Positions 48,004 to 58,532 of a stretch of 64,000 nucleotides of DNA are shown here, piece by piece (positions within the stretch are counted from its first letter, which is position 1; each line of letters starts with the position of its first letter). This DNA comes from a virus: positions 1 to 64,000 of IMG/VR virus record IMGVR_UViG_3300007535_000003; one strand, given 5' to 3'. Made by a program: the position numbers and the translations under genes. The notes below the pieces were generated by a model, which was not told the origin of the DNA, searched no databases, and was given only the letters and a program-made list of their open reading frames with translations.

Positions 48004-48459
48004 ATGGGTAAAAATAATCAGGAAAAACAGCAACAGAATAAAGGTAATTCTCTTACTGATCCTATCAAAACTAAGAGCGGTAAGGAAATCAAGGGTTTAG
48101 AAACTGATGTTAACAAAGAAGTAAGCAGTATCATCAGTAATAGAAAGACTGAACCTTATGAAACAGTCAAAGGTAAATTGGCTGAAAAAGAGTTACAAAG
48201 AAGGGCAGATGTTTTAATGAATGCCCTTTATACGGAGTACCCAAAGGTGGTTAATATGGTCAAAGAAATAGGGCCGGATCTTGATCCAGAATACAACGAG
48301 GATGACAAGGAAGTAAAACCTAAACGTTATTCTGCTGAAGCCTGGAAAAAGAAGACCAAGACTCTAGAGAGATTTGAATCTCTTAAAAAGGCTATTGAGA
48401 CTGTCAGAAAAGATGGCAACTATGAATTGCTGGACAAGTATTTTAATCAGTACAAATAA
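48004..48459 (+). CDS. Hypothetical protein
   Basis: 151-aa ORF. Confidence 0.65.
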   Translation: MGKNNQEKQQQNKGNSLTDPIKTKSGKEIKGLETDVNKEVSSIISNRKTEPYETVKGKLAEKELQRRADVLMNALYTEYPKVVNMVKEIGPDLDPEYNEDDKEVKPKRYSAEAWKKKTKTLERFESLKKAIETVRKDGNYELLDKYFNQYK

Positions 48460-48467
48460 TAAGGCGT

Positions 48468-48854
48468 ATGGAAGACAAATTAAAGCTTCCAACCAGCATA
48501 CAAAGAGAAATAGATGAGATAGCTTCATCAAGAAATGATGAGGTAATGTCTCTAGTACACATCTGGCGCAACAGGCAAATAAAGTATAAGTTTGATCCTG
48601 TAGTTCATGATGGTAAGAGCAACAATCAATTAATAAGAGGAGGGTGCCAATGTTCATACTGTAAACACCTTAAACTCTATGTCCAAAAGAAGTTGGAACA
48701 TCACAGATTGAAGAAGTTTATAGATAAGTGTGATATGTACGGCATAGAAGTAAGTGAACTGGATGATTTATTAAAAACCCTTGATGAGATTAAAATTAAA
48801 GTTCAGTATGAGAAATCTATTAAAGATAAAGTTAAACAAGAACTAAAACTCTAG
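48468..48854 (+). CDS. Hypothetical protein
   Basis: CQCSYC motif. Confidence 0.6.
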   Translation: MEDKLKLPTSIQREIDEIASSRNDEVMSLVHIWRNRQIKYKFDPVVHDGKSNNQLIRGGCQCSYCKHLKLYVQKKLEHHRLKKFIDKCDMYGIEVSELDDLLKTLDEIKIKVQYEKSIKDKVKQELKL

Positions 48855-48862
48855 CAACCACT

Positions 48863-49891
48863 ATGAAGATTTCAAAGGTAATTAAGACTATCCTATTTGT
48901 AATGATTGTTATGTCTTGTGCCTCTTTTTACACTCTATACAGCTTTTATAAAAATAATAATGATAAACTTGAATCCGCTGAAAATATTCAGGGACAAGAG
49001 TCATTAGATGCTAAAATTCTAAAAATAATCTATTTCAATAGAGCTTTAGAATTAGCTAAAAGTACAGAGTGTATAGAAGAAGTAGAGGTAGATAATACTA
49101 ACTACAGACGGGAATCAGTCGAGAGCTTTATAGGAAAATCTATTCCTTCTAATAATAGTATAACCGTTTCTAACCTGCTCATTTACAGGAAGGAAACCCT
49201 GGTTATATATGCAGGGAATAGCAAGACTCAATTTTTCTATAAGACTCTTACAGAAAGTTACAAAGGCGCTATAAACGTCTACAAACCACTAATCCAAGTA
49301 CCGGAATATTTAGGTTACTCTATAAGAGGACCTACCAGAGCAGCTATAAATAAAACTGCTAATAAACCTGACAATCAACTAAATACTATGAAGAAATGTG
49401 AATTTTCAAAGGAACAGAAAAAGAAAGTTGAAAGGGTAGCAAAGGTATTATTCGACTATAAGTACATATACATTGAGGGTAATAATCTTGTTTTCTCTCA
49501 ATTTAGAAAGAGCTCGTTAGTTAGCTTATTAGCTCCCAACGAAGCTACCAAAGTACCTATATTTGAGTTGATAGTAAACGAAATCCCTAAAAAGCTAAGT
49601 ACTTTTGCTTATGGGAACCAATCCTTTGCTCCTCTTTATATGGCTGGTATTGTGTACCTCTTAAATATGCACCCGCCAGCTATAGCTGATTATGTATATC
49701 ATAAGTTTATAAGGATTAGTAATAATTACAATCCCCAAGCTACGGCAAGATCAGCTATAAAAAATATCATTGATGAAGAAGAAAAAGTGAACAATAGTTC
49801 GATACTTATGAGTAAAAGGGCTAGAGATGCTGTTAACATGGGTGAAAGCAGTAAACTTGAAGTTGAAAGTATACTTAACATGATGCCATAG
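48863..49891 (+). CDS. Hypothetical protein with N-terminal TM
   Basis: 342-aa ORF. Confidence 0.55.
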   Translation: MKISKVIKTILFVMIVMSCASFYTLYSFYKNNNDKLESAENIQGQESLDAKILKIIYFNRALELAKSTECIEEVEVDNTNYRRESVESFIGKSIPSNNSITVSNLLIYRKETLVIYAGNSKTQFFYKTLTESYKGAINVYKPLIQVPEYLGYSIRGPTRAAINKTANKPDNQLNTMKKCEFSKEQKKKVERVAKVLFDYKYIYIEGNNLVFSQFRKSSLVSLLAPNEATKVPIFELIVNEIPKKLSTFAYGNQSFAPLYMAGIVYLLNMHPPAIADYVYHKFIRISNNYNPQATARSAIKNIIDEEEKVNNSSILMSKRARDAVNMGESSKLEVESILNMMP

Positions 49892-50005
49892 TATACTAAA
49901 GCCCTTACCTAAACCTTTTATAGTTTATAACGTAAAAGGCCTCATAAGTTATAAGTAAAGGGCGAGTTAAGTTAACTTGCCCTATGTTTAACTAAACTAC
50001 TATTT

Positions 50006-50668
50006 ATGAATAAGTTTTTTATAATCATAGCTTCTGTGATTACTATGTTTTTGCTATGTAGTCCAAAGCTAAACAAGGGCTCTTCTATACCGATAGACAA
50101 AGAAAAATCTATGGCTACTTATGAAAGATTAGTAGCTAAAGAGCAACTAAACCTAAGTAACAAGGATACAGAAATGGTCAAAGCGCTTAAAATAGCGTTA
50201 AAAGGCAAAACTCATTTATTCAATGATTCTGTTACAAACAGGTTAAATAGGATAGCATCCACACATGGTATTAAACCTTCTTGGATTGTTTATGTCATGG
50301 TTAAAGAAAGTGGTGCCGATCCTACTAAGCAGAATGAAATATCAAATGCTACTGGCATTATTCAATTTATGCCTAGTACAGCTAGGGCACTAGGCACATC
50401 TACTAAAGAACTACTCTCTATGAATATTTATGAGCAGCTTCATTACGTAGATAAATACCTCAGTGCTATAGGAAAGTCTCATCTTATAAGATCCTATGAA
50501 GACTTATACTTAGCTATATTCTGGCCCAGAGCTTTGGGCAAGAGCCCTGATTATGTGATAAGTTCTAAGAAAAGTCTTGTAAGTAAACAAAATCCAACTA
50601 TCTCTGGCGAAAGAAGGGATGGTTCTATTACAGTAAAGAGTTTTAAGAAGTATGCACTAAAATTGTAA
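50006..50668 (+). CDS. Lytic transglycosylase (SLT), N-terminal signal/anchor
   Basis: VMVKESG, ATGIIQFMPSTARALG, DLYLAIFWP. Confidence 0.88.
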   Translation: MNKFFIIIASVITMFLLCSPKLNKGSSIPIDKEKSMATYERLVAKEQLNLSNKDTEMVKALKIALKGKTHLFNDSVTNRLNRIASTHGIKPSWIVYVMVKESGADPTKQNEISNATGIIQFMPSTARALGTSTKELLSMNIYEQLHYVDKYLSAIGKSHLIRSYEDLYLAIFWPRALGKSPDYVISSKKSLVSKQNPTISGERRDGSITVKSFKKYALKL

Positions 50669-50689
50669 CAAATATTGTTTATTAATAAG

Positions 50690-50728
50690 AAAATACCCGC
50701 TCAATTTAAAAGTTGGACGGGTATTTTA
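50690..50728. terminator. Bidirectional-type terminator
   Basis: AAAATACCCG...CGGGTATTTT. Confidence 0.65.
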
Positions 50729-50745
50729 CTTAAAAACTTTTTATT

Positions 50746-51147
50746 ATGGAGATTACCCTAGATCTAAATGAAGCTATCAACTTTCAAAAAAAATTAAACA
50801 GCGAACTAGGTAAATTAAGGAAAAAATTACTTTGTTCCAAGGATGAAGAGGAAAGAGATAAACTGTTAGATGAATATGAATATATTTCTAACTCTCTTGT
50901 AAAGATAAAAGTTAAAATAAGGGAGAAGAATATTCAAGAAAATATATCAGAGAATATCTATAAGTTATCTGAACTGAAATCCCTAAAAGAGATTTTAGTA
51001 AAAACGAGAAAAGTAAATAGAATTAGAGAAATTGAAAAAGAAATTATAAGGTTGGAAAGATTATTAAGGGTATCTAACTCATTTACTACCATTGCTATTG
51101 ATAAAGAAATGAAAAAACTTGTAAATATTTTAAATAATACAAAATGA
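50746..51147 (+). CDS. Coiled-coil hypothetical protein
   Basis: 133-aa ORF. Confidence 0.6.
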   Translation: MEITLDLNEAINFQKKLNSELGKLRKKLLCSKDEEERDKLLDEYEYISNSLVKIKVKIREKNIQENISENIYKLSELKSLKEILVKTRKVNRIREIEKEIIRLERLLRVSNSFTTIAIDKEMKKLVNILNNTK

Positions 51148-52349
51148 ACATACAAAATAGTAAGTTGGTAATACTACACGATAGAACTGGGAAAGAAATA
51201 CAGTTTAATGATAGGAGAATGATAGAATATACTATAATCTCCATGATTAACAGTGTTGTAAATAGACCTCTAAGTGTCATAGATGCAGGCAAAGAATACT
51301 ATGGATTATTGAATTTAGCTGCAGGAAAACCTCTATTAGAAGGAGTAGATATAGGCTCTACTTTAAGTAGAAATCCTATCAAACTAGTTAAGATGCTTGA
51401 AGGTACAGATGGTACAGTAATTAAGGAAGCTGAGAATAAAGCTTCTCAAATAGCTAATATAATTATGGACAAAGGTGATAAAGACACTAGTTTAACTTCT
51501 TCCTTTTTTAGCTATTTTTTAGGAGAATTAACACCCTATATGCTAAACAACAATATCCTTATTCCTTGTTATGATTATAGAAGCCCTGCAGTTGTTATCC
51601 ATAACTTAGTAGGTAAAGAAGATTCACTAGATACATCCAGTATTGATAAGATTATAAATACTTTTAAGAAAATAGAAGTATATTTAGCTTGTCTACATAA
51701 TACTAATAAAATTGAAGAAAAAAGAACAGTTGGGAAAGTTGGAGAAAAGTACAGATCTAAGTTCAAGGATATATTAAAGAACATTGCACGTGATAAAGTA
51801 CCTAAGAGAGCTGATATGTACGACCCTAAAAATATTAAACATATATTAGATTTGTACTCATTATCTGAGGAATTCCTTAGGGAACAATGTATAGAAGCAA
51901 ACAAAGTAAATATAGAAGAAATTGATAAATCTATAAATAAGATTGATAAACAAGAGAACATATCAAAGGTACTATTAACATCTGAAGAAGGGTCAGAGGA
52001 TAATAAAGATGACTACAACCTTACAATTAATTTAACAGATACTTTTAAAGAAGACTTAAGGACAATATATGAAAGTATTGAAGATAAAGAACAGGCATTT
52101 GATTTAAGTCTTTTTATTATTAATTATTTGAGAATTAATTCCTTGATGGGAGATTATACTGATACAACAACGTTATTTTCTAAGTTAGATACAGGTAAGA
52201 GTATTACTACATATTCAGACTTATATGAAATGTTAACTTCTGTAACTAGGGATTATTTAGATACAAAGTCCTATTTAAATGAAGTATCTAACAAAATCCC
52301 AAAAAGTATTTTACAATTCTCTAAAAACTTATTGAAACAAAATACGTAA
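51144..52349 (+). CDS. Hypothetical protein
   Basis: 401-aa ORF. Confidence 0.7.
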   Translation: MNIQNSKLVILHDRTGKEIQFNDRRMIEYTIISMINSVVNRPLSVIDAGKEYYGLLNLAAGKPLLEGVDIGSTLSRNPIKLVKMLEGTDGTVIKEAENKASQIANIIMDKGDKDTSLTSSFFSYFLGELTPYMLNNNILIPCYDYRSPAVVIHNLVGKEDSLDTSSIDKIINTFKKIEVYLACLHNTNKIEEKRTVGKVGEKYRSKFKDILKNIARDKVPKRADMYDPKNIKHILDLYSLSEEFLREQCIEANKVNIEEIDKSINKIDKQENISKVLLTSEEGSEDNKDDYNLTINLTDTFKEDLRTIYESIEDKEQAFDLSLFIINYLRINSLMGDYTDTTTLFSKLDTGKSITTYSDLYEMLTSVTRDYLDTKSYLNEVSNKIPKSILQFSKNLLKQNT

Positions 52350-52531
52350 TGTATATAAAAGCATATAGGAAAGTTTCAAACAAATGTAAGACATGTGGGG
52401 GTGAAGGAAAAATTACCAACAAAAGGTATAGTTGGCATAAAAATACTTGTCCTACATGTAGAGGTGAAGGAATAACGACTAGAGAAGAGGAAGTAAAGAT
52501 TCCTCTTAGTCATCTTAATGATTATACCTAA
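52349..52531 (+). CDS. DnaJ-type zinc-finger mini protein
   Basis: CKTCGGEG...CPTCRGEG. Confidence 0.65.
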   Translation: MYIKAYRKVSNKCKTCGGEGKITNKRYSWHKNTCPTCRGEGITTREEEVKIPLSHLNDYT

Positions 52532-52984
52532 ATGGTAATTTGTGTAATTGATAAAACTCACAGTAGAAGTAAAGATTTATATGAAAGATTGAAAGAGGAG
52601 TATACTGAAGGTAGGGTACTCTATTTAGCTTCTATCGATAAGGTAGAAGAAGTCGCTACGATGCTAAAGATGTCAAAGAACTTTGGCTTAGCTAAAGAAG
52701 TAGAAAAAATTTGGCAAAGTTATAACGAAGCTATAGCAGATAATATCATAGACTATATTAAACATTTTAAGAACGAAGAAGATATAGTACTAGTCAATGT
52801 AACAAGTGAAAAGGATAGAGCTCTGTTTGTTGAAAGATGCTCATTTGATGTGCATTCTATATTCTTGGAAGGAGCTCCTAAGAGCTACATACATGACACT
52901 GTACTAAACATAAGGATGAATATGACTTTACAAACTAGTAAGTACGATGATATATCTGCTAACAAAGAAGAAAGTACTGTTTAA
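52532..52984 (+). CDS. Hypothetical protein
   Basis: 150-aa ORF. Confidence 0.55.
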   Translation: MVICVIDKTHSRSKDLYERLKEEYTEGRVLYLASIDKVEEVATMLKMSKNFGLAKEVEKIWQSYNEAIADNIIDYIKHFKNEEDIVLVNVTSEKDRALFVERCSFDVHSIFLEGAPKSYIHDTVLNIRMNMTLQTSKYDDISANKEESTV

Positions 52985-54920
52985 AGATGGTGATATTAAC
53001 TACAGTACTAAAATATCAGAGGTTATATCTGATTTAAAGGAACAGAAAGTAATTGCCCTAGATATAGAAACTAATGGATTTGATACCTTGACTAACAAAG
53101 TATTAATGCTCCAGTTAGGTACTAGAGAAGGTAACCAATATGTTATAGATTCTAGGGATTATGATATAAGTAAATTCAAGGAAATATTAGAGGATAGTAG
53201 TAAAGTATTTGTAGGCCATAATATAAAGTTTGATTATAATTCCTTAAAGAAGCACAATATAGTATTAAGTAGGGTATATGATACTATGCTGTCAGATATT
53301 GTAATATATAACGGCTATTACTCTAAAGATTATATTAAGAAAAACAAGAGATTCTCATTAGCAGGTGTGTACAAACATCACTTTAATAAAGCCATTGAGA
53401 AAGAAACTAGGGATACTTTTAAAACAATAGGCAGCACACCATTTAGCTACTCTCAAGTACTCTACGGAGCTAATGATGTTAAGTACCCATTAGAGATAAT
53501 GAAGGTTCAAAGAAATTTACTAAATGAATTTGATTTGGTAGAATGTGCTAAGTTAGAGAATAAAGTTACTTTGGCTTTAGCTGATATAGAGTATAATGGT
53601 TTTTATCTCAATAGGGACAAGTGGGGAAAAGTAGCTAAGGAGTATAGTAGAAAAGTTAAGGAAACTACTGACAAATTAGATAGAATACTGATAAGTAAGG
53701 ATAAATCATATAAGAAAAAGTATTACCAAAAAGATTTATTCGATGAACAGTATGAAGATAAGAGGTTCACAGTAGTTAATTGGGATAGTCCCCAACAGGT
53801 ATATGAAATATTAACAAATGTATTTGACATATATCTTGTAGATAAGCATGGTAAACCTTCTACTAGTACTAAAGCTATAGAATATTTAACAAGTACCCAT
53901 GAAATTACTGATAAACTATTACAATATAGGCAAGAAAGTAAGGCTTTAAATGCTTTTGGGGAAAACTTTGCTAGAGATTCTACAGATAAGGAAGGTAGGA
54001 TACACACTAAATTTACTCAAATTGTGGAGACTGGTAGAGTTAGTTCTAGCAAACCTAATTTACAACAGATTCCTAGCTCTAAATTATTTAGGGAATGCTT
54101 TGAAGCCCCTAAAGGTAGGAAGATAATTACTGCAGACTATAGTACTCAAGAGGGCCGTATTATGGCTGATCAGTCCAAAGATGAAGCTTATGTAGATTTC
54201 TTTAAGAATGGGGGCGGTGACGCCCACAGTTTTGTAGCAACTAAGATGTTTTCAGCTAAATTTGGTAAAGAATTCATAGTAACTAAGTACAATGAGAATA
54301 AGGAGTATAGACAACAAGGTAAGAAATTAAACTTCTCTATATCTTATGGTGGTACTGCCTTTTCTTTATCAAAGAGTTTGAAGATATCGGTGGAGGAAGC
54401 TCAGGAGCTCATAAACGCCTTTTTTAGAGGATTTAAGCAACTCAAAGAGTATTTTGATACTAACTCCCGTTTCGGCCTAAACAACGGCTATATTCGCACT
54501 AATACGATCACTAAGCGTAGGAGGTGGTTTCAAGAATATGAAGATTATTTAGTGTATAAGGAAAGAGCTAATCAGTCTGATAGATCTTTAGATTATTATA
54601 AGAGGTATAAGACTCTAGAGGGATCTATTGGTAGGAAGTCACAAAATACACCTGTTCAGGGTACTGCAGGGGATATGACTAAACAAGCTTTAGTGTATAT
54701 TAGGGATAAACTATTAGAGAACGGTGTAAAACCACTGTCTAGTGCTGAAGCTAAGTTGGTTAGTGTGGTACACGATGAATGTAGCTTAGAGGTAGTAGAA
54801 GGTAAAGCTGAATTCTACGCTAAGATACAAAGGGAAGCTATGGAGAAAGCTGCTAATCTACTCACTGAAGATCTAGATATTCCTGTAGATCAAGAGATAG
54901 GAGATCATTGGTCTCATTAA
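52947..54920 (+). CDS. polA: Family A DNA polymerase with 3'-5' exonuclease
   Basis: ExoI LDIET, ExoII GHNIKFD, TGRVSSSKPNLQQIP, motif A ADYSTQE, motif B RQQGKKLNFSISYG, motif C VHDE. Confidence 0.95.
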   Translation: MIYLLTKKKVLFKDGDINYSTKISEVISDLKEQKVIALDIETNGFDTLTNKVLMLQLGTREGNQYVIDSRDYDISKFKEILEDSSKVFVGHNIKFDYNSLKKHNIVLSRVYDTMLSDIVIYNGYYSKDYIKKNKRFSLAGVYKHHFNKAIEKETRDTFKTIGSTPFSYSQVLYGANDVKYPLEIMKVQRNLLNEFDLVECAKLENKVTLALADIEYNGFYLNRDKWGKVAKEYSRKVKETTDKLDRILISKDKSYKKKYYQKDLFDEQYEDKRFTVVNWDSPQQVYEILTNVFDIYLVDKHGKPSTSTKAIEYLTSTHEITDKLLQYRQESKALNAFGENFARDSTDKEGRIHTKFTQIVETGRVSSSKPNLQQIPSSKLFRECFEAPKGRKIITADYSTQEGRIMADQSKDEAYVDFFKNGGGDAHSFVATKMFSAKFGKEFIVTKYNENKEYRQQGKKLNFSISYGGTAFSLSKSLKISVEEAQELINAFFRGFKQLKEYFDTNSRFGLNNGYIRTNTITKRRRWFQEYEDYLVYKERANQSDRSLDYYKRYKTLEGSIGRKSQNTPVQGTAGDMTKQALVYIRDKLLENGVKPLSSAEAKLVSVVHDECSLEVVEGKAEFYAKIQREAMEKAANLLTEDLDIPVDQEIGDHWSH

Positions 54921-54932
54921 TTTAAACTTATT

Positions 54933-55358
54933 ATGAATAAAATTAAAATTAGATATAAAAATACATTTACAAAGCCTATCAGTTATCATAGTTTATCAAA
55001 AGAATGGTATATATTCTTACCTAATAATTTAATTAAGCTATTTAAATATGGAATAAAATATCCCATTTTATATTGGTTTAATAAAAAGCATTATACAGGT
55101 ATATGTGAATGTGGCCATAATTTCAGTGAACATCACCATGGTGTTATTATGAATGTAGATTCGTTATACTACCCATTACAAGTAAATGGGGTTATAGGTC
55201 AAGAATGTGAGCATAACGGCTTTAATGGTGAAAAATGGGCTGATGAAGATGGTAGTATCTGTAGGTGTAATAGCTACGTAGACAAAGGCTGGATATTCAG
55301 GAAGAATAAAGATTATAAATTCAGATTGCATGGAAAAATTGGACGATCTAAAACCTAA
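54933..55358 (+). CDS. Hypothetical Cys/His-rich protein
   Basis: CECGHNFSEHH...CRC. Confidence 0.55.
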   Translation: MNKIKIRYKNTFTKPISYHSLSKEWYIFLPNNLIKLFKYGIKYPILYWFNKKHYTGICECGHNFSEHHHGVIMNVDSLYYPLQVNGVIGQECEHNGFNGEKWADEDGSICRCNSYVDKGWIFRKNKDYKFRLHGKIGRSKT

Positions 55359-55644
55359 GCAGATAAAGGAAGAGGACTTTGATGCTTATGTAGATATATA
55401 TGATAAAAAGTATACATGGTTCTACAAAAATAAGGTATTGCTTATAGAGAAAAAAGGAGGTGAATTTGAATTTCTTGAGTGGCATGCCCACAATGGACCT
55501 GTATATGATTTAAGCTTGTCTACAGTAAGGTGGCTTGTAGATAAAAAGAAGATAAATTCAAAACGTATCAAATTAGTATTAAAATTAGCAGGAAATGAAC
55601 AATCAGACTCTAACAGAACCAGTATCAGAAATAGGGGCAACTAG
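55330..55644 (+). CDS. Hypothetical protein
   Basis: Overlapping ORF. Confidence 0.5.
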   Translation: MEKLDDLKPKQIKEEDFDAYVDIYDKKYTWFYKNKVLLIEKKGGEFEFLEWHAHNGPVYDLSLSTVRWLVDKKKINSKRIKLVLKLAGNEQSDSNRTSIRNRGN

Positions 55645-55981
55645 ATTGTTATTGGATATAGTAAGGGATAATCTACCTAAGGAATATAATAAAGACTATG
55701 AGTCATTGAACAATGCTGTAGATAAGATAACACCTGAAAGACTATCTTCTACAAGACATTTAAAGACTTGTGATGAACTGTTTAGACGAAGAATCTTACT
55801 TACTATTCATACACCTTATAACAGCTCCTATGACAATCTCTTGCTTAAACAAGAGAAAGTTAAAAGAAATGCACTTCCTCGATTTATAGAGGAATATGTG
55901 AGAAAGAGAGGTACTAAGCATAAAAGGCTTTCACATTTTGAAAGAGAAGGTAAGGTCTTTTGTGTTAAACACTACAAGTAG
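55595..55981 (+). CDS. Hypothetical protein
   Basis: Overlapping ORF. Confidence 0.5.
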   Translation: MNNQTLTEPVSEIGATRLLLDIVRDNLPKEYNKDYESLNNAVDKITPERLSSTRHLKTCDELFRRRILLTIHTPYNSSYDNLLLKQEKVKRNALPRFIEEYVRKRGTKHKRLSHFEREGKVFCVKHYK

Positions 55982-55983
55982 AT

Positions 55984-56547
55984 ATGAATATTGATATTGA
56001 AGTACTTAAAGATTACAAACTTACCCCTAATGAATACGTAGTAGCACACACAGTGCAGAATAAAAACTACAAGGACTTTAGGGCATTAAGTAAATTAATA
56101 CAAATGGATGATATTCTTCGTAGCTTAGAGAAAAAGGGATTTATTAAAGTTCCTGAAGAAGAAGGCATAAGCTTAGATGATATCACAGTGAGAAATAAGT
56201 TACTATTTGTATTTGACGAAAGAGACTATTTTGATGATATATATGAAGAATACCCTGTCAAGGTTATAAGACCTGATGGTGTAAAAGATTATCTTAGAGC
56301 AGATGTAAAAAGGAGTAGAAAGATATACTATAATAAGGTAAATAGCTCTAGAAAAAGACATGAGAAAATATTGAAAGCCCTAAGATTTGAAAAAGAAATT
56401 AGGGAAAAAGAAAACTCGTGGAAATACATGAAAAAATTGCCTAAATGGCTCTCATCTGAAGAATGGAAAGTATTTGAAGAGAGGATGAGAGATGAACAGC
56501 AGGAAAAAAGTAATAAAAAACCTGAGTATGGCCAACAACTCAAATAG
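55984..56547 (+). CDS. Replication initiation/helicase-loader-like protein (putative)
   Basis: FDDIYEEYPVKV...YMKKLPKWL; immediately upstream of the helicase. Confidence 0.5.
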   Translation: MNIDIEVLKDYKLTPNEYVVAHTVQNKNYKDFRALSKLIQMDDILRSLEKKGFIKVPEEEGISLDDITVRNKLLFVFDERDYFDDIYEEYPVKVIRPDGVKDYLRADVKRSRKIYYNKVNSSRKRHEKILKALRFEKEIREKENSWKYMKKLPKWLSSEEWKVFEERMRDEQQEKSNKKPEYGQQLK

Positions 56548-57478
56548 AGTGTTGCATTATAAACAAATTGCCCTACCCGCCAGGGAAATTATTCAGTATA
56601 TGGATAAAAGACGGAAAGGGGATATTACTTCGTTAAAGACTAAGTGGAAAAAGTTTAATGATCAGTGTATGGGAGGTATTGAGCCAAATAGTATCTACAC
56701 TATAGCAGGCATATCAGGAAGTGGTAAATCAGCATTTGCCAACAGTCTAGAAACTGACCTATTCGACCAGAATCCCAATGAAAACTTTGTTGTACTTTCC
56801 TTCAATTTCGAGATGTTAGCTTCAAAGCAAGTGGGGAGGAAGCTGTCATACAAATTAGATAAAACAACACAAGAGCTTTATAGCGGCTTGTCCAACCACA
56901 AACTATCAGAATTTGACTACCACAAAGCTATTGAAGAAGCTAAAAAAATTAAAGATCTACCTATATATTATGTAGATACCCCTGGAACGGTCTCTCAGAT
57001 TAGAGAGACTATCACTGATTTTTCCAATAGAGTCGCTAAAGATAGGTGGCTCATAATATTACTCGATCACACCTTGTTAACAAGAGGTAAACAAGGTGAA
57101 AAAGAAAGGGAGACATTAGCTGAATTACAGTATATGTTCATGGAAATTAAGAAGTATGACCAAAATACTATAATTCAGTTGTCTCAAATGAACAGAGAGA
57201 TAGAAGCTAAAGAAAGGATTATGGTTAATACTATGCATTTTCCGGTGCGTAGGGATATATTTGGTGGTGATTCTGTATTTCAAGCATCAGATTATCTTTT
57301 AGTGCTGCATAGGCCAGAAATGCTTAATATCTCCTCGTATGGGCCTGAAGGTTGGCCTACCAAAGATCTCATTTACATGCACTTTTTAAAAGTGCGAGAA
57401 GGAAACCCAAGTATTTTAGTTTTTAAGAATAACTTAAAGTACAATAAGATTGAAGATTATAACCTTAAAGATTCGTAA
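56528..57478 (+). CDS. dnaB: DnaB-like (SF4) replicative helicase
   Basis: AGISGSGKS, FNFEM, LLDH, QLSQMNR, LHRPE, KVREG. Confidence 0.9.
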   Translation: MANNSNRVLHYKQIALPAREIIQYMDKRRKGDITSLKTKWKKFNDQCMGGIEPNSIYTIAGISGSGKSAFANSLETDLFDQNPNENFVVLSFNFEMLASKQVGRKLSYKLDKTTQELYSGLSNHKLSEFDYHKAIEEAKKIKDLPIYYVDTPGTVSQIRETITDFSNRVAKDRWLIILLDHTLLTRGKQGEKERETLAELQYMFMEIKKYDQNTIIQLSQMNREIEAKERIMVNTMHFPVRRDIFGGDSVFQASDYLLVLHRPEMLNISSYGPEGWPTKDLIYMHFLKVREGNPSILVFKNNLKYNKIEDYNLKDS

Positions 57479-57534
57479 TACTGACTGTATCAAAAAACAG
57501 AAGTATTACTAGTCGAATTTCTAAATTTGAGACA

Positions 57535-58020
57535 ATGAACAAAAAATTGTCATTTGTAGTCGATATGACTAAGCCCGTTAGTAACAACTTTGCTGAAAAC
57601 GAAGGCACTTTCGACTATTATAAGCGAGCTTTAGTACGTAACGTAAAGAAACTCGGACTTACTATTTCTGGTGAAGATCGCCCAGAAATACGTCGGGGTG
57701 TTGACCAGGCAGGATTCGGTAATGTACTTACCGTTGGTACCTCCCGCACCCACGATATGGAATGGATCGAACGCATGGATTACGTGTGCGAAAAAGGATA
57801 TACTCCCGTATTGAATCTGATTAAGGACTGGGACTTAATCAGCAGGAAGCTGGTAGAGTATTACAAAGACAAATACCAGATGGATCTCAAATATGGTTCT
57901 ACCGTCTCATTCCACGACGGTTTTGTCAAGATTGGGACTGAACTGGTAACCAATCGTGAGCTTGATAAGATCATTGACAAGCTTGATGATATGGTACGTA
58001 GGGGATATCTCTACAGATAG
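57535..58020 (+). CDS. Hypothetical protein
   Basis: 161-aa ORF with GC-richer codons; followed by a hairpin at 58044-58075. Confidence 0.65.
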   Translation: MNKKLSFVVDMTKPVSNNFAENEGTFDYYKRALVRNVKKLGLTISGEDRPEIRRGVDQAGFGNVLTVGTSRTHDMEWIERMDYVCEKGYTPVLNLIKDWDLISRKLVEYYKDKYQMDLKYGSTVSFHDGFVKIGTELVTNRELDKIIDKLDDMVRRGYLYR

Positions 58021-58096
58021 TAAGTGATTAAAGATATAATATGCTTAGGGGTTGTATATCTTCCCCTAAGCTTATTTAACTATAAAACATATTAAT

Positions 58097-58531
58097 ATGA
58101 TTGAACAAGGAACTACTAAAGAAGATCTTATAGGTAAAAAGCTCAGAGTAGAGAAAAACACTGGTATGCATAACTATGGCCCAAAAGGAGCTATCTTATA
58201 TGTAAACAAGAGTACCGCTGTTAATAACAACACTATAACAGGAGCTATAAAAGAAGACGGAACGAAGGGAAACTCTATTCTTTTCAGTGAAGTATCAATA
58301 GTAGACGAATCTATAAGTGGCCTAAAAAAAGATAAAGATAAACTTATTGAAGATAAAATAGATATTGAAGATAAAATATGTAACATAGACGAAAAAATTG
58401 AGTTTATGAAAGTACAAGGATTATCTAAATTCAATGAAGAAGAGTATAAAGTATTTAAAGTTCTACAAGAGTTAAAGACCTATAAAACAGATATGGAATT
58501 AGCTAAATCCGTAGCTAAAATAATAAAATAA
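58097..58531 (+). CDS. Hypothetical protein
   Basis: 144-aa ORF. Confidence 0.6.
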   Translation: MIEQGTTKEDLIGKKLRVEKNTGMHNYGPKGAILYVNKSTAVNNNTITGAIKEDGTKGNSILFSEVSIVDESISGLKKDKDKLIEDKIDIEDKICNIDEKIEFMKVQGLSKFNEEEYKVFKVLQELKTYKTDMELAKSVAKIIK

Positions 58532-58532
58532 T

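Noticed and set aside
52947-54920. Intein/intron in PolA
   Set aside because: Motifs are contiguous and the length (657 aa) is normal
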